The notes below the pieces were generated by a model, which saw nothing but the letters and a program-made list of their open reading frames with translations, did no database searches and was not told the origin of the DNA. Shown here in pieces: positions 18,415 through 28,700 of a stretch of DNA of 37,566 bases. The stretch spans positions 1-37,566 of the forward strand of contig PEYW01000029.1 of assembly GCA_002774225.1 (NCBI GenBank), read 5' to 3'. The DNA is from a candidate division WWE3 bacterium CG08_land_8_20_14_0_20_43_13. GTDB lineage: Bacteria; Patescibacteriota; WWE3; PEYW01. The position numbers and the translations under genes were made by a program. Within the stretch, counting starts at the first letter, position 1. Every line of letters begins with the position of its first letter.

Positions 18415-18705
18415 TTAGTCGGCAGGTTTCTTATCAGCGGTATCTTTTCTACCACCGTGAGCCCTAAAAATTCTTGTGAGGGCAAATTCACCCAACCGAT
18501 GACCAATCATCGCTTCGGTAACGAATACATTAACATGTAATTTACCGTTGTGAACACCAAATGTATGACCAACCATTTCTGGAGTAATTACCGAAGAACG
18601 GAACCAAGTTTTTATAACTTGCCGGCTGCCAGATTCCTCGGCACGCCTAACTTTAATAAGAAGCTTTTCATTGGTGTAAGGGCCCTTTTTTGATGATCTA
18701 GACAT
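18415..18705 (-). CDS. rpsS: 30S ribosomal protein S19
   Basis: MSRS.KKGP and T..R.S.I.PEMVGHT.GVHNG......V....MIGH.LGEFA.TR.F..H. Confidence 0.95.
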   Translation of the reverse strand: MSRSSKKGPYTNEKLLIKVRRAEESGSRQVIKTWFRSSVITPEMVGHTFGVHNGKLHVNVFVTEAMIGHRLGEFALTRIFRAHGGRKDTADKKPAD

Positions 18706-18708
18706 ATT

Positions 18709-19542
18709 TTATTTAACACGACGGCTAATTATATATTTAGTTGCAGTGTTCCTTTTTCTCCTTGTTCTAACTCCGTAAGCCTTTTTACCCCAGGGAGTCT
18801 TTGGACAAGGCATTCCCACCGGAGAGCGCCCCTCACCGCCACCATGAGGATGTGAATCGGGGTGCATCGCTGTTCCCCTAACCTCGGGTCTTCTACCTAA
18901 ATGCCTGCTGCGACCGGCTTTACCCAATTTACAGTTTTTCAAGTCCGCATTACCTAAAACCCCAACAGTTGCCCAACAATCAACAGGAACTTTGCGAATT
19001 TCACTGCTGGGCATTTTTAATAAAGCGAAATTTCCCTCTTTTGCCATCAAATAGCAGGACACCCCAGCCCCACGAGCCAATTTTCCACCCGCTCCTGGTC
19101 TTAATTCAACATTATGCACAGCTAAACCCAAAGGAATACTGGAAAGAGGCAAGCAGTTACCAACTTCGACCTCCACATTTGATCCAGAAACAACAAAAGA
19201 ACCTTCTTTAAGATCCTCGGGGGCTAGAATATAACTCTTTTCACCATCTTTGTAAACTATTAAAGCAATATCAGCGCCGCGATTTGGGTCATATTCAATA
19301 TTAACCACTTTAGCCGAAATATTCTTCTTTGAGCGCTTAAAGTCGATGCAACGATACAGTTTTTTAGCTCCAACCTGCCTATGACGGGTGCTGACACGGC
19401 CATGAGAACGACCCACATGGCCGCAGAAAGTACCGGTGGTTAACTTTTTGTGCGGGCTATTTATTTTCTTTCTCGCAACAGAAACAAGAGCAACTCGTTC
19501 CCGCTGACCAGAAGAAGTTGGTTTAAATTTCCTTAAAGCCAT
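18709..19542 (-). CDS. rplB: 50S ribosomal protein L2
   Basis: KP.T.G.R, GRN..G..T.RH.GGG.K-like, IEYDPNR.A.IAL and GT.MNP.DHPHGGGEG. Confidence 0.96.
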   Translation of the reverse strand: MALRKFKPTSSGQRERVALVSVARKKINSPHKKLTTGTFCGHVGRSHGRVSTRHRQVGAKKLYRCIDFKRSKKNISAKVVNIEYDPNRGADIALIVYKDGEKSYILAPEDLKEGSFVVSGSNVEVEVGNCLPLSSIPLGLAVHNVELRPGAGGKLARGAGVSCYLMAKEGNFALLKMPSSEIRKVPVDCWATVGVLGNADLKNCKLGKAGRSRHLGRRPEVRGTAMHPDSHPHGGGEGRSPVGMPCPKTPWGKKAYGVRTRRKRNTATKYIISRRVK

Positions 19543-19550
19543 ATTCAAAA

Positions 19551-19820
19551 TTAATCAATTTTTATTTGATCATCTTTATTTAATGTAATGATCGCCAATT
19601 TTTTTAAAGGTGTCCTTCTTAAAGTCGGATGCGCGCCGGCCCGTTTTACCTTACCCAATCGTCTTAGCACATTTATTTTTAATACCTTAACCGAATATCT
19701 TTTAAAAACCTCTCTCGCAATTTCTCCCTTTGTGGAGTCTTGGCTGACCTCAAAAACATATTTTCTTTGCTTGCCTAAAATCGAAGTTTTTTCTGTTTCC
19801 TTAAGATGTTTCAGAATCAT
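19551..19820 (-). CDS. rplW: 50S ribosomal protein L23
   Basis: An 89-aa protein with the .TEK pattern, F.V...A.K.EI......V.V..V and KKA.V.L, lying between rplD and rplB. Confidence 0.9.
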   Translation of the reverse strand: MILKHLKETEKTSILGKQRKYVFEVSQDSTKGEIAREVFKRYSVKVLKINVLRRLGKVKRAGAHPTLRRTPLKKLAIITLNKDDQIKID

Positions 19821-19824
19821 ATTT

Positions 19825-20457
19825 TTATACTCCCAAGCATCGGTTTTGTAAGGAAACTATGGAGTTCCTATCAAAAACCAAATACTCGCAGTTTAAAATA
19901 TCATAAGTACAAATCACGCCAACCCTAGCTAAAGATACTTTAGATAGATTACCAGCCGCTAAAGCGATGTTTTTGTTGTCGTTTGGCAGAACAAATGTTA
20001 CTTTTGACTCAACAATCCCAAGGTTTTTTAAAAAATCATGAGCCTTTTTGGTTTTACCCTGATCAAAATCGAAACGGTCCATCAAAATAAGCTTGTCTGA
20101 ACTTAATTTTTGCGACAAAACTCCTAAAAAAGCCTTCTTTCTCATTTTTTCTGTAAATTTTAGCCTTGTAGCTCCAGATTTTGGACCGTGAGCTACCCCG
20201 CCACCCTTCCACAAAGGAGAACGGATTGATCCTTGACGAGAATGTCCGGTGCCTTTTTGACGCCAAGGTTTACGACCACCGCCAGAAACCTCGCTTCTTG
20301 TTTTAGTATTAGCAGTACCTTGTCTCTGATTATGCAGGTAAACTCTTACCGCCTGCAAAATTAAATCAGTGGGGCATTCTACTGAAAATACACCTTCGGC
20401 AAGCTCAAAGGACTCATTCGTCTCCTGACCCTGTTGGTTATAGACTTTAAGCTTCAT
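19825..20457 (-). CDS. rplD: 50S ribosomal protein L4
   Basis: R.GTA.TK.R.EVSGGGRKPWRQKGTG.AR.GS.RSP.W.GGG..HGP is the L4 signature loop. Confidence 0.93.
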   Translation of the reverse strand: MKLKVYNQQGQETNESFELAEGVFSVECPTDLILQAVRVYLHNQRQGTANTKTRSEVSGGGRKPWRQKGTGHSRQGSIRSPLWKGGGVAHGPKSGATRLKFTEKMRKKAFLGVLSQKLSSDKLILMDRFDFDQGKTKKAHDFLKNLGIVESKVTFVLPNDNKNIALAAGNLSKVSLARVGVICTYDILNCEYLVFDRNSIVSLQNRCLGV

Positions 20458-20890
20458 AATCAAAATACAAAGTAAGCTTAGCTCTAATATGACCTGGTAA
20501 AGGTCCGCCGACAGCTAGCATCAACCGATCAGAGCTAATGTCGGCAATTTTTCGGTTTCTTAAAGTAACTCGAGCATTTCCCATGTGTCCAGCCATTTTT
20601 TTACCTTTGAGCACATGTCCCACCGCGCCCATGGAAGAACCGATGGAGCCAGGCGCCCTATGGCGATCAGATTGACCATGTGTGGCTGGGCCGCCGGCGA
20701 ATCCCCAACGTTTGACCACCCCGGCAAACCCTTTTCCCTTAGATGTGCCAATCACCTTGAAAATAATTGAGCCACAATTAACTGAATTGGGAATCGGCTC
20801 GGTTAATCTAACAAAAGTAACTGGAGTCACTTTGCCTTCCTGATCAAAAATCTGCGACATATTCAATTTTTGACCAAGTATTTTTAACAT
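20447..20890 (-). CDS. rplC: 50S ribosomal protein L3, unusually short (147 aa; overlaps rplD by 11 nt)
   Basis: The N-terminus ILGQKLNMSQIFDQEGKVTPVT and the core GTSKGKGFAGVVKRWGFAGGPATHGQSDRHRAPGSIG...KGKKMAGHMG are clearly L3. About 55-60 aa normally found between these blocks are absent. Confidence 0.88.
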   Translation of the reverse strand: MLKILGQKLNMSQIFDQEGKVTPVTFVRLTEPIPNSVNCGSIIFKVIGTSKGKGFAGVVKRWGFAGGPATHGQSDRHRAPGSIGSSMGAVGHVLKGKKMAGHMGNARVTLRNRKIADISSDRLMLAVGGPLPGHIRAKLTLYFDYEA

Positions 20891-20907
20891 AGGTTCTCTT
20901 AGGCATT

Positions 20908-20930
20908 AAAAAAGCGACGCCTGGCGCCGC
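20908..20930 (-). terminator. Intrinsic-terminator-like hairpin in the rpsJ-rplC spacer: AAAAAG-GCGGCGC-CAG-GCGTCGC-TTTTTT
   Basis: A 7-bp GC-rich stem (one G-U pair) with a 3-nt loop, a T6 tract and a complementary upstream A5 tract. It ends 17 nt before the rplC ATG and lies downstream of the promoter at 20955-20982. Confidence 0.5.
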
Positions 20931-20954
20931 CTTTTTCGCCGCTACCAGTAGCCA

Positions 20955-20982
20955 ATTATAAGTACTCATTTATAACTGTCAA
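20955..20982 (-). promoter_or_regulatory. Consensus sigma70-type promoter between rpsJ and rplC: TTGACA - 16 nt - TATAAT with an AT-rich upstream flank
   Basis: The minus strand reads TTCATTTATTATTGTTTATTGACAGTTATAAATGAGTACTTATAATTGGC. Both hexamers match the consensus perfectly. Confidence 0.55.
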
Positions 20983-21020
20983 TAAACAATAATAAATGAA
21001 CATCAATCCTAGTAAAACTA

Positions 21021-21329
21021 CTACATCTTAAGAGAAATATCCACACCAGCCGGTAAATTAAGATTAGATAAACTATCAATAGTCTGCGGTGTAGGTTCAA
21101 CAATATCAACCAATCTCTTGTGTACCTTCAATTCAAAATGCTCGCCGCCACTTTTAAAAATATGGGGGCTGCGAATAACTGTTTCCCGATGGATATCTGT
21201 AGGCAAGGGAATAGGACCCACCACTTTTGCTCCAGTCCTGATAGCTGTTTGAATAATCTTTTGTGTAGAATCATCCAGAACCCTGTTGTCGTAAGCGCAC
21301 AGGCGAATCCTAATTTTTCCCTTAGACAT
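21021..21329 (-). CDS. rpsJ: 30S ribosomal protein S10
   Basis: IRI.L.AYD...LD.S...I...A...[10 protein letters not shown] and the H.R...I..P fit S10. Length is 102 aa. Confidence 0.95.
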   Translation of the reverse strand: MSKGKIRIRLCAYDNRVLDDSTQKIIQTAIRTGAKVVGPIPLPTDIHRETVIRSPHIFKSGGEHFELKVHKRLVDIVEPTPQTIDSLSNLNLPAGVDISLKM

Positions 21330-21343
21330 ATACAGTAAAAAAT

Positions 21344-22525
21344 TTAAGCTAAAACTTTGGTGGTTACTCCAGCCCCAACAGTTTGACCACCCTCACGGAT
21401 AGCGAAACGAGATCCTTCTTCCATAGCCACAGGAGTGATTAACTTAACTTTAAAAGTAACATTATCACCTGGTAAAACCATTTCTACCCCTTCGGCCAAA
21501 GTAACTTCGCCAGTTACATCGGTAGTACCTACATAAAACTGAGGGCGATAACCATTAAAGAACGGGGTATGACGGCCACCCTCATCTTTGTTAAGAATAT
21601 AAACTTCACACTCAAATTCGGTATGAGGATTAATGGTTCCGGGAGCGGCCAAAACCTGGCCTCGTTCCACCTGATCCTTGGCAATACCACGAAGCAAGAT
21701 GCCCACATTATCACCAGCCTGACCCTGCTCCATTGGTTTGTTAAACATTTCCACACCGGTAACCACGGTTTTTTTGGTTTCCTGAATACCCACAATTTCA
21801 ACTTCATCGCCAATCTTAATGAGACCTCTATCAATTCTACCAGTAACAACTGTACCGCGGCCTTGGATAGAAAACACATCTTCAATCTGCATCAAAAAAG
21901 GCTTGTCTAGCTCACGCTCCGGGGTAGGAATACTTTCATCTACCGCCTTCATAAGCTCCATAATTTGATCAGTACTTTGTTTATCCCCTTCCAAAGCTTT
22001 TAAGGCAGAGCCGCGAATCACAGGAATTTTGTCACCAGAGAATTTATACTTGGTCAACAGCTCACGAATTTCCACCTCAACCAAGTCAAGCAATTCGGGA
22101 TCGTCAACCAAATCGCATTTATTCATGAAAACAACCAAAGCCGGCACATTAACCTGACGCGCTAACAAAATGTGTTCGCGAGTTTGCGGCATAGGACCAT
22201 CAGGAGCAGACACAACTAAGATCGCGCCATCCATTTGAGCCGCGCCGGTAATCATGTTTTTGATGTAATCACGATGCCCGGGACAATCAATGTGGGCGTA
22301 ATGCCGTTTTTCTGTTTCGTACTCAACATGAGTAACAGAAATAGTGATACCTCGTTCCTTTTCTTCGGGGGCGTTGTCAATGCTGTCAAAAGCTCTAAAT
22401 TTAGCTAAACCCTTGTCCGCCAAAACCTTGGTAATAGCAGCGGTTAGGGTTGTTTTGCCGTGGTCAACATGGCCAATAGTGCCAATATTGACATGGGGCT
22501 TAATGCGTTGAAATGCTTCGGCCAT
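21344..22525 (-). CDS. tuf: Elongation factor Tu
   Basis: [48 protein letters not shown] and NK.D form the G domain. Full length is 393 aa. Confidence 0.98.
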   Translation of the reverse strand: MAEAFQRIKPHVNIGTIGHVDHGKTTLTAAITKVLADKGLAKFRAFDSIDNAPEEKERGITISVTHVEYETEKRHYAHIDCPGHRDYIKNMITGAAQMDGAILVVSAPDGPMPQTREHILLARQVNVPALVVFMNKCDLVDDPELLDLVEVEIRELLTKYKFSGDKIPVIRGSALKALEGDKQSTDQIMELMKAVDESIPTPERELDKPFLMQIEDVFSIQGRGTVVTGRIDRGLIKIGDEVEIVGIQETKKTVVTGVEMFNKPMEQGQAGDNVGILLRGIAKDQVERGQVLAAPGTINPHTEFECEVYILNKDEGGRHTPFFNGYRPQFYVGTTDVTGEVTLAEGVEMVLPGDNVTFKVKLITPVAMEEGSRFAIREGGQTVGAGVTTKVLA

Positions 22526-22542
22526 AAATCAAAGATTTGAAT

Positions 22543-22581
22543 GTGACTGCACAATCGCGCGTCTTTTGATTATGTAGTCAC
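22543..22581 (-). other. 14-bp imperfect hairpin in the fusA-tuf spacer
   Basis: GTGACTACATAATC-(11 nt)-GATTGTGCAGTCAC on the minus strand has one mismatch and one G-U pair. There is no U tract. Confidence 0.35.
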
Positions 22582-22621
22582 ACTAAAATTGAAATTAATA
22601 CTATATAAAAAAACAATAAAC

Positions 22622-24730
22622 TTACTTTTCTTTAGCGCCACTAGATTTACCGGCAATGGCCATGGCAATGCCGGCCGGTACTTCCTCATAGTGACTAGGC
22701 TCCATATTAAAGCTCCCGCGCCCCTGCGTCAAGGATCTAAGCGAGGTAGCGTAGCCAAACATATCCGCCAAAGGTACAAAAGCACGGACAGTTTGAAGCT
22801 CTCCTTTTTGCGTAGTACCCTGAATCTGACCGCGGCGAGAGGATAAATCACCAATCACGCCACCTAAATGGTCAGAGGAAACACGGACTTCCACATCCAT
22901 AATCGGTTCTAGCAAGACTGGATCCGCTTTACGGATAGCTTCTTTAACACAACGAGAGGCAGCTATCTTAAAGGCAGCCTCCGAAGAGTCTACTTCATGG
23001 TAGGAGCCGTCAAAAACAGCTACTTGAGTATCTATTACCGGATAGCCAAAAACCACTCCGCCAGCCAAAGCTTCCTTTACCCCTTTCTCAACCGCCGGAA
23101 TATATTCCTTTGGAATAACGCCACCTCTTACTTCATCAACAAATTTAATACCCTCCCCTCGCTGCAAGGGAGAGACTCTCAACCAAACATGGCCATACTG
23201 GCCTCGTCCGCCTGATTGATGAATATATTTACCTTCCTGCTCAAGACTCTTTCTAATTGTCTCACGATACGCAACCTGCGGCTTACCCACATCGGCTTCT
23301 ACATTAAATTCTCTCTTCATACGGTCCACAATTATTTCCAACTGTAACTCACCCATACCAGCGATAATTATTTGACCAGTCTCCTCATCAGTTCTAACCA
23401 CAAAGGTAGGATCCTCTTCGCAAAGGCTCTGCAAAGCGACGCCCATGCGCTCCTGATCTAATTTGGTTTTCGGTTCAATCGCCAAAGAGATAACCGGTTC
23501 TGGAAAAGTTATGGATTCCAAAACAACCGGGTGAGACTCATCACATAAAGTGTCACCGGTAGCGGTACTTTTTAACGCGACCGTTGCTCCAATCTCACCG
23601 GCAAATAACTCCTTAACATCTTCGCGATGATTAGCATGCATTAAAAGAATTCGACCAATCCTCTCTTTATTTCCTGAAGAAGAATTAAAAACATAGGAAC
23701 CAGTCTCCAGTTTCCCCGAATAGACACGAAAGTAAGTAAGTTTACCCACATAAGGATCGGTTTGCAATTTAAAAGCCAGAGCGGCGAAAGGACCGTTAAC
23801 ATCAGGTTTTAAAATGACTTCTTCTCCGGTTTTGGCGTGACGGGCAACAATATCAGGACGGTCTAAAGGCGAAGGCAGGTAATTAATAATACTGTCCAAG
23901 AGAAAAGTAGCAAATGACCGGCGTCCGTCGCCACCAAAGACAGGAAAAAAGCTGCCGGAAAGAGCCGCCTCCCGAACCGCCTGTCTCAATTCATCTTCGG
24001 TTAATACCCCATCGCTTAGATATTTTTCCAAAAGCTGGTTATTACTTTCCACCGTTCGCTCAATTAATTCCGCTCGATATTTGCTAACCAACTCCTTCAT
24101 ATCTTCAGGAACAACAGTTTCTTCCAATTCCAACGCGTCCTCCTGGGCATAAACATAAGCCTTTTGCGTCACCAAATCAACAAAACCTTTTAAAGAATAT
24201 TCAAAACCGATCGGCAGCATTACCGGTGAAGCGTTTTGATCCAATCGCTCGCGAATAGATGATAAGCTAGCGTAAAAATCACCACCAACCAAATTAAGCT
24301 TATTGATAAAACAAATTCGTGGAACATTATACTTGTTAGCCTGCCGCCATACAGTTTCCGATTGTGGCTCCACTCCCATCTTACCGTCAAAGATAACCAC
24401 CGCTCCGTCCAAAACACGTAATGATCGCTCTACTTCCGCGGTAAAATCAACATGCCCCGGGGTATCAATAATATTAATTCTGTAATCTTGCGGATCGTTA
24501 GAAAAATGTAGGTTCCAAAAACAAGTGGTCGCCGCCGATTGAATTGTAATACCCCGCTCCCTTTCTTGCGCCATCCAATCCATTTGAGTTGATCCATCAT
24601 CAATGTTTCCGATCTTATGAGTCTTTCCTGTATAGTAAAGGATTGTTTCGGTGGTAGTAGTTTTACCCGCATCAATGTGGGCAATAATACCAATGTTCCG
24701 CACTCTTTCCAAAGGGTGTGTTTTCAACAT
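22622..24730 (-). CDS. fusA: Elongation factor G
   Basis: [46 protein letters not shown] and the full five-domain length of 702 aa. Confidence 0.98.
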   Translation of the reverse strand: MLKTHPLERVRNIGIIAHIDAGKTTTTETILYYTGKTHKIGNIDDGSTQMDWMAQERERGITIQSAATTCFWNLHFSNDPQDYRINIIDTPGHVDFTAEVERSLRVLDGAVVIFDGKMGVEPQSETVWRQANKYNVPRICFINKLNLVGGDFYASLSSIRERLDQNASPVMLPIGFEYSLKGFVDLVTQKAYVYAQEDALELEETVVPEDMKELVSKYRAELIERTVESNNQLLEKYLSDGVLTEDELRQAVREAALSGSFFPVFGGDGRRSFATFLLDSIINYLPSPLDRPDIVARHAKTGEEVILKPDVNGPFAALAFKLQTDPYVGKLTYFRVYSGKLETGSYVFNSSSGNKERIGRILLMHANHREDVKELFAGEIGATVALKSTATGDTLCDESHPVVLESITFPEPVISLAIEPKTKLDQERMGVALQSLCEEDPTFVVRTDEETGQIIIAGMGELQLEIIVDRMKREFNVEADVGKPQVAYRETIRKSLEQEGKYIHQSGGRGQYGHVWLRVSPLQRGEGIKFVDEVRGGVIPKEYIPAVEKGVKEALAGGVVFGYPVIDTQVAVFDGSYHEVDSSEAAFKIAASRCVKEAIRKADPVLLEPIMDVEVRVSSDHLGGVIGDLSSRRGQIQGTTQKGELQTVRAFVPLADMFGYATSLRSLTQGRGSFNMEPSHYEEVPAGIAMAIAGKSSGAKEK

Positions 24731-24741
24731 ATAAAATGGGG

Positions 24742-25248
24742 TTAATTCCTAGCCGCCCAAGAAAAGTGAGCGAAGGCGCGATTGGCTTGGGCCATGCGGT
24801 GCATATCTTCTTTTTTCTTAAAAGCCGGACCCGATTCATTATAGGCGTTAGTTATTTCCTCCGTTAACAAAGTGGGCATAGGTTTTCCCGAACGACTTCG
24901 GGCGCTATTTATCAACCACCGCAAAGCCAAGGATTCAGCACGAGAATGCCTAATAGGAACCGGAACTTGGTAAGTGGCCCCACCAACACGACGGGAACGA
25001 ACTTCTTGCTCTGGGGTCACATTTTTAATCGCTCTTTCAAACTTCTCAAGAGTAAGCCTTCGTTTTTCTTTCATGTCACCAGATGCATCTTCGATAGCTA
25101 ACGCATCCAAAGCCTTATAGACAATAGAAACAGCGATCGATTTTTTACCATCGACCATAATTTGATTTATCAGCCGAGATACCAGTAGCGAATGGTAGCG
25201 ACCATCAGGCTGTGGGTTGTTGTGTTTTAAACTTTTATTGTCACGCAT
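24742..25248 (-). CDS. rpsG: 30S ribosomal protein S7 (ATG 25248, chosen by N-terminal length match to canonical S7)
   Basis: L...[30 protein letters not shown] and the A.RW pattern. Confidence 0.93.
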   Translation of the reverse strand: MRDNKSLKHNNPQPDGRYHSLLVSRLINQIMVDGKKSIAVSIVYKALDALAIEDASGDMKEKRRLTLEKFERAIKNVTPEQEVRSRRVGGATYQVPVPIRHSRAESLALRWLINSARSRSGKPMPTLLTEEITNAYNESGPAFKKKEDMHRMAQANRAFAHFSWAARN

Positions 25249-25351
25249 ATAAGCAAACAATAGCATTCTAGCAAAGAAACTTCCTTTAACAATATCCAAA
25301 TGCAAAACTGCATGGGGAATTTAACCTTAAGAGTAAGTCTTCGCCAAATAA

Positions 25352-25765
25352 TTATTCGGATGGGCGGCGAGATCCATAAATGGAACGACTCGTCTTACGA
25401 CCTTCAACACCGGCGGTGTCAAAACGACCGCGAACAATTGTATACTTAATACCAGGAAGGTCCGCCACTTTTCCACCTCTAACCAAAACCACGGAGTGCT
25501 CCTGCAAATTATGCCCCTCACCCGGAATATAAGCAGTCACCTCATGGCCATTAGACAGCCTAACTCTCGCCACCTTGCGTAAAGCCGAATTTGGTTTTTT
25601 TGGAGTCATTGTTTTTACACGCAGACAAACGCCGCGTTTAAATGGCGCTAGCACTTTCTTACGGCGACGATCGATGGTGGAATAAATTTCTGAAAGAGCG
25701 GGAACTTTGCTCTTCTTTTTCCTCTTTTCTCGTCCGTGCCTAATCAGCTGATTAATAGTCGGCAT
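25352..25765 (-). CDS. rpsL: 30S ribosomal protein S12
   Basis: [61 protein letters not shown]. Confidence 0.97.
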   Translation of the reverse strand: MPTINQLIRHGREKRKKKSKVPALSEIYSTIDRRRKKVLAPFKRGVCLRVKTMTPKKPNSALRKVARVRLSNGHEVTAYIPGEGHNLQEHSVVLVRGGKVADLPGIKYTIVRGRFDTAGVEGRKTSRSIYGSRRPSE

Positions 25766-25777
25766 ACAAGCAATAGA

Positions 25778-28700
25778 TTAATTAGTAGAGATAGTCCGCC
25801 AATTGCCAAAAATCATATCCAGTTCGTCAGCAATTGACGCTCGTTCTCCGGTTGGGATAAGCCGTCCAATAATAACATTCTCCTTTAGGCCAAGCAAGTG
25901 ATCAACACTTCCTGAACAGGCGGCATCGGTAAGAACCTGAATAGTATTTTGAAAAGACGCCGCCGACAAAAAGCTTTCCGTACAAAGAGAGGCCCTGGTT
26001 ATACCTAACACCTCCTGATCAACCTTAGCCGGAGAACCTTTGGTTCTAGAATTAACATAATCAATATAGGGTTGTGTAACCAAATCGCCCGCGAGTAACC
26101 CTGTATCACCCGGATTAGTAACTTTTAAGCGAGAAAACATCTGTCTTATAATAACTTCGGCGTGCTTATCGCTCAAAGTTACCCCTTGAGAGGAATATGT
26201 ATCTTGAATTTCTTTGAGAATGTATCTTTGAGCCTCAAGTAACCCTTTACTTTGAAGCAACTTCTTAATATTAGAAAAACCATGAGTTAAACTATCCCCT
26301 TTGGATACTAGATCGCCATCCTCCACAGCTGGATCTTCAAATGGCTCCAAGCGATATTCTAACTCCGAAATATCGGCATCTTTGTCAGTTGCCTGTACTT
26401 TCAAGATTGTAAGCCCCTCCTCGGATTCTTTAATGGAAACTTTACCGGTTATCTCACTCATTAACGCCGCGTTTTTAGGAGTCCTGGCCTCAAAAATCTC
26501 CTCTACCCTTGGTAACCCTTGAGTAATATCTTTACCAACGACACCACCGGTGTGAAAAGTTTTCATGGTCAATTGAGTTCCCGGCTCACCAATTGACTGC
26601 GCGGCTATAACCCCAACCGCCCGTCCAATTTTAACCAAAGACCCGGTGATTAAGTCTCTTCCGTAACATTTAATACAAATACCAAAAGGAGATTTGCAAG
26701 TCATTGGCGAGCGAACAAAAACGCTGGCTAGAGAAGATTCAGCAATCTCCTTGGCGGTGGATTCAGTAATCTCTTCCCCAGATGTAACAACGAGACGGCT
26801 GCCAATTTTTACATTTTTCAAAGAGATGCGACCAACTAAACGCTCTGAAAAGGAGGTTAGAGGATTTTCCTGCCCACGAATTATTTCCAAGCCTTCTTTT
26901 GTTCCGCAATCCTCATCACGAACAATAACATCTTGGGCCACATCTACCAAACGCCTGGTTAAGTAACCAGCTTCTGCGGTTTTAAGCGCCTTATCGGTTA
27001 AACCTTTACGGCCGCCACGAGTTCCAGAAAAATATTCAAATATCTCCAAACCCTCTCGATAACTTGACTTGGTCGGCATCTCCACGATTCTACCGGTGGG
27101 ATCGGCTATTAAACCACGCATTCCCGCCAACTGTTTAACTTGGTCACGACCGCCTTTAGCCTTTGAGACAACCATTATTTTAATAGGATTATCATCCCTC
27201 ATACCTTCCCAGACCATATCGTCGATTGCATTTGTGGTCTTTATCCATACATTCTTAGATAGTTCCTTCATCTCGCTTTCGGTAATCAAACCACGGGCGC
27301 AACTCTTCTCAATCTTTATAATTTCCTCCTCTGCCTCCTCCAGAACCTGCTTTTTCTCTTCGGGAACTTTACAGTCATACAGTGACATAGAACAAGCGTA
27401 TTTTGTACCGTATTTTAAACCCAATGTTTTTAAAACATCAATCAAATCAGCTGCTTTTTGATCGTGCTCATTTACCAAAGTGGAAACAACCATGTCGCGC
27501 AAGTCGTTGTATAGGACTTGCTTATTAATAAACCGCGATTTCTCGGGAAGACAATTATTAAAAATCAAGCGGCCGTGGGTAGTCTCTATTATCTGATCTT
27601 GATACTTAACTTTTATCAATTGTCTAAGCCCTAAATAGCCAGATTCATAAGCTAAAGAAACTTCGTTGGGACTAGCAAATACATTATTTAGCTTTGGCAA
27701 CGAACTGTCAGTGCCAGTAAGATAAAACAAACCATAAAGCATTTCACGCCGGGGCATAACCGCTGGATCACCGGCGGCGGGGCGAACCAAATTGTGCGTG
27801 GATAACATTAAGTCTTTAGCTTCTTGGATCGCTTTTTGAGTAAGCGGAACATGCACTGCCATCTGATCGCCATCAAAATCAGCGTTAAAGCCGGTACAAA
27901 CTACCGGTGGGAGCTGAATAGCGCTACCCTCGGTTAATTTTGGATAAAAGGCCTGAATGCTCAAACTGTGCAGAGTCGGAGCGCGGTTTAACAGCACTGG
28001 ATGATCTTTAACTATCTCTTCTAAAATATCCCAAACCTGTCCATTTCGTTGATCCAAAAAGTATTTGGCGCTACGAACATTCGGCGCCAAACCTCTCAAC
28101 ATTAACTCTCGCAAGACAAATGGTTTAAAAAGCTCCAAAGCCATTTCCTTAGGCAAACCACATTCGTAAAGACGCAGTTCGGGACCAACTACGATTACTG
28201 CTCTTCCCGAATAATCAACTCTTTTACCCAGCAAATTTAGCCTAAAACGGCCTTTTTTACCCTTTAGCAGTTCGGACATGGAGCGCAATTCTTTTTGTTT
28301 TTTATACCGTGTTTTTTGAAACGGTTGGTCAAGTAACGCGTCCACCGCTTCTTGCAACATACGTTCTTCGTTATGAATAATTATCTGAGGAGCACCAAGT
28401 TCTAAAAGATGCTTAAGACGGTTATTACGATTTATTACGCGACGATATAGGTCATTAAGATCAGAAGTGGCAAACCGACCACCTTCCAATTGCACCATTG
28501 GGCGCAAATCGGGAGGAATAACCGGTAATATTGTCATCACCATATTTGCCGAATTAATGCCGGCTTGTCTAAGTTTCTCAGCCACACGTAAACGTTTAGT
28601 TAACATTAGCTTGTTACCTCTTGATTTGGATATTAGCTGTCTTAACTCCTTAGTCATGTCCTCCAAATTTATCCCTCGCAAAACAGCTAAAAGAGCACGC

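Noticed and set aside
27069-27461. Long antisense ORFs inside conserved genes, including 27069-27461 and 28467-28781 in rpoC, 32336-32731 in rpoB and 13310-13681 in rpsE. Others are 21529-21885/21569-21910 in tuf, 3040-3528 in recX, 4763-5125 opposite the 202-aa ORF, 24430-24693 in fusA and 451-687 in ymdB.
   Set aside because: They fully overlap strongly conserved genes and have low-complexity S/L/F/P-rich compositions typical of shadow frames. None shows a recognisable motif.
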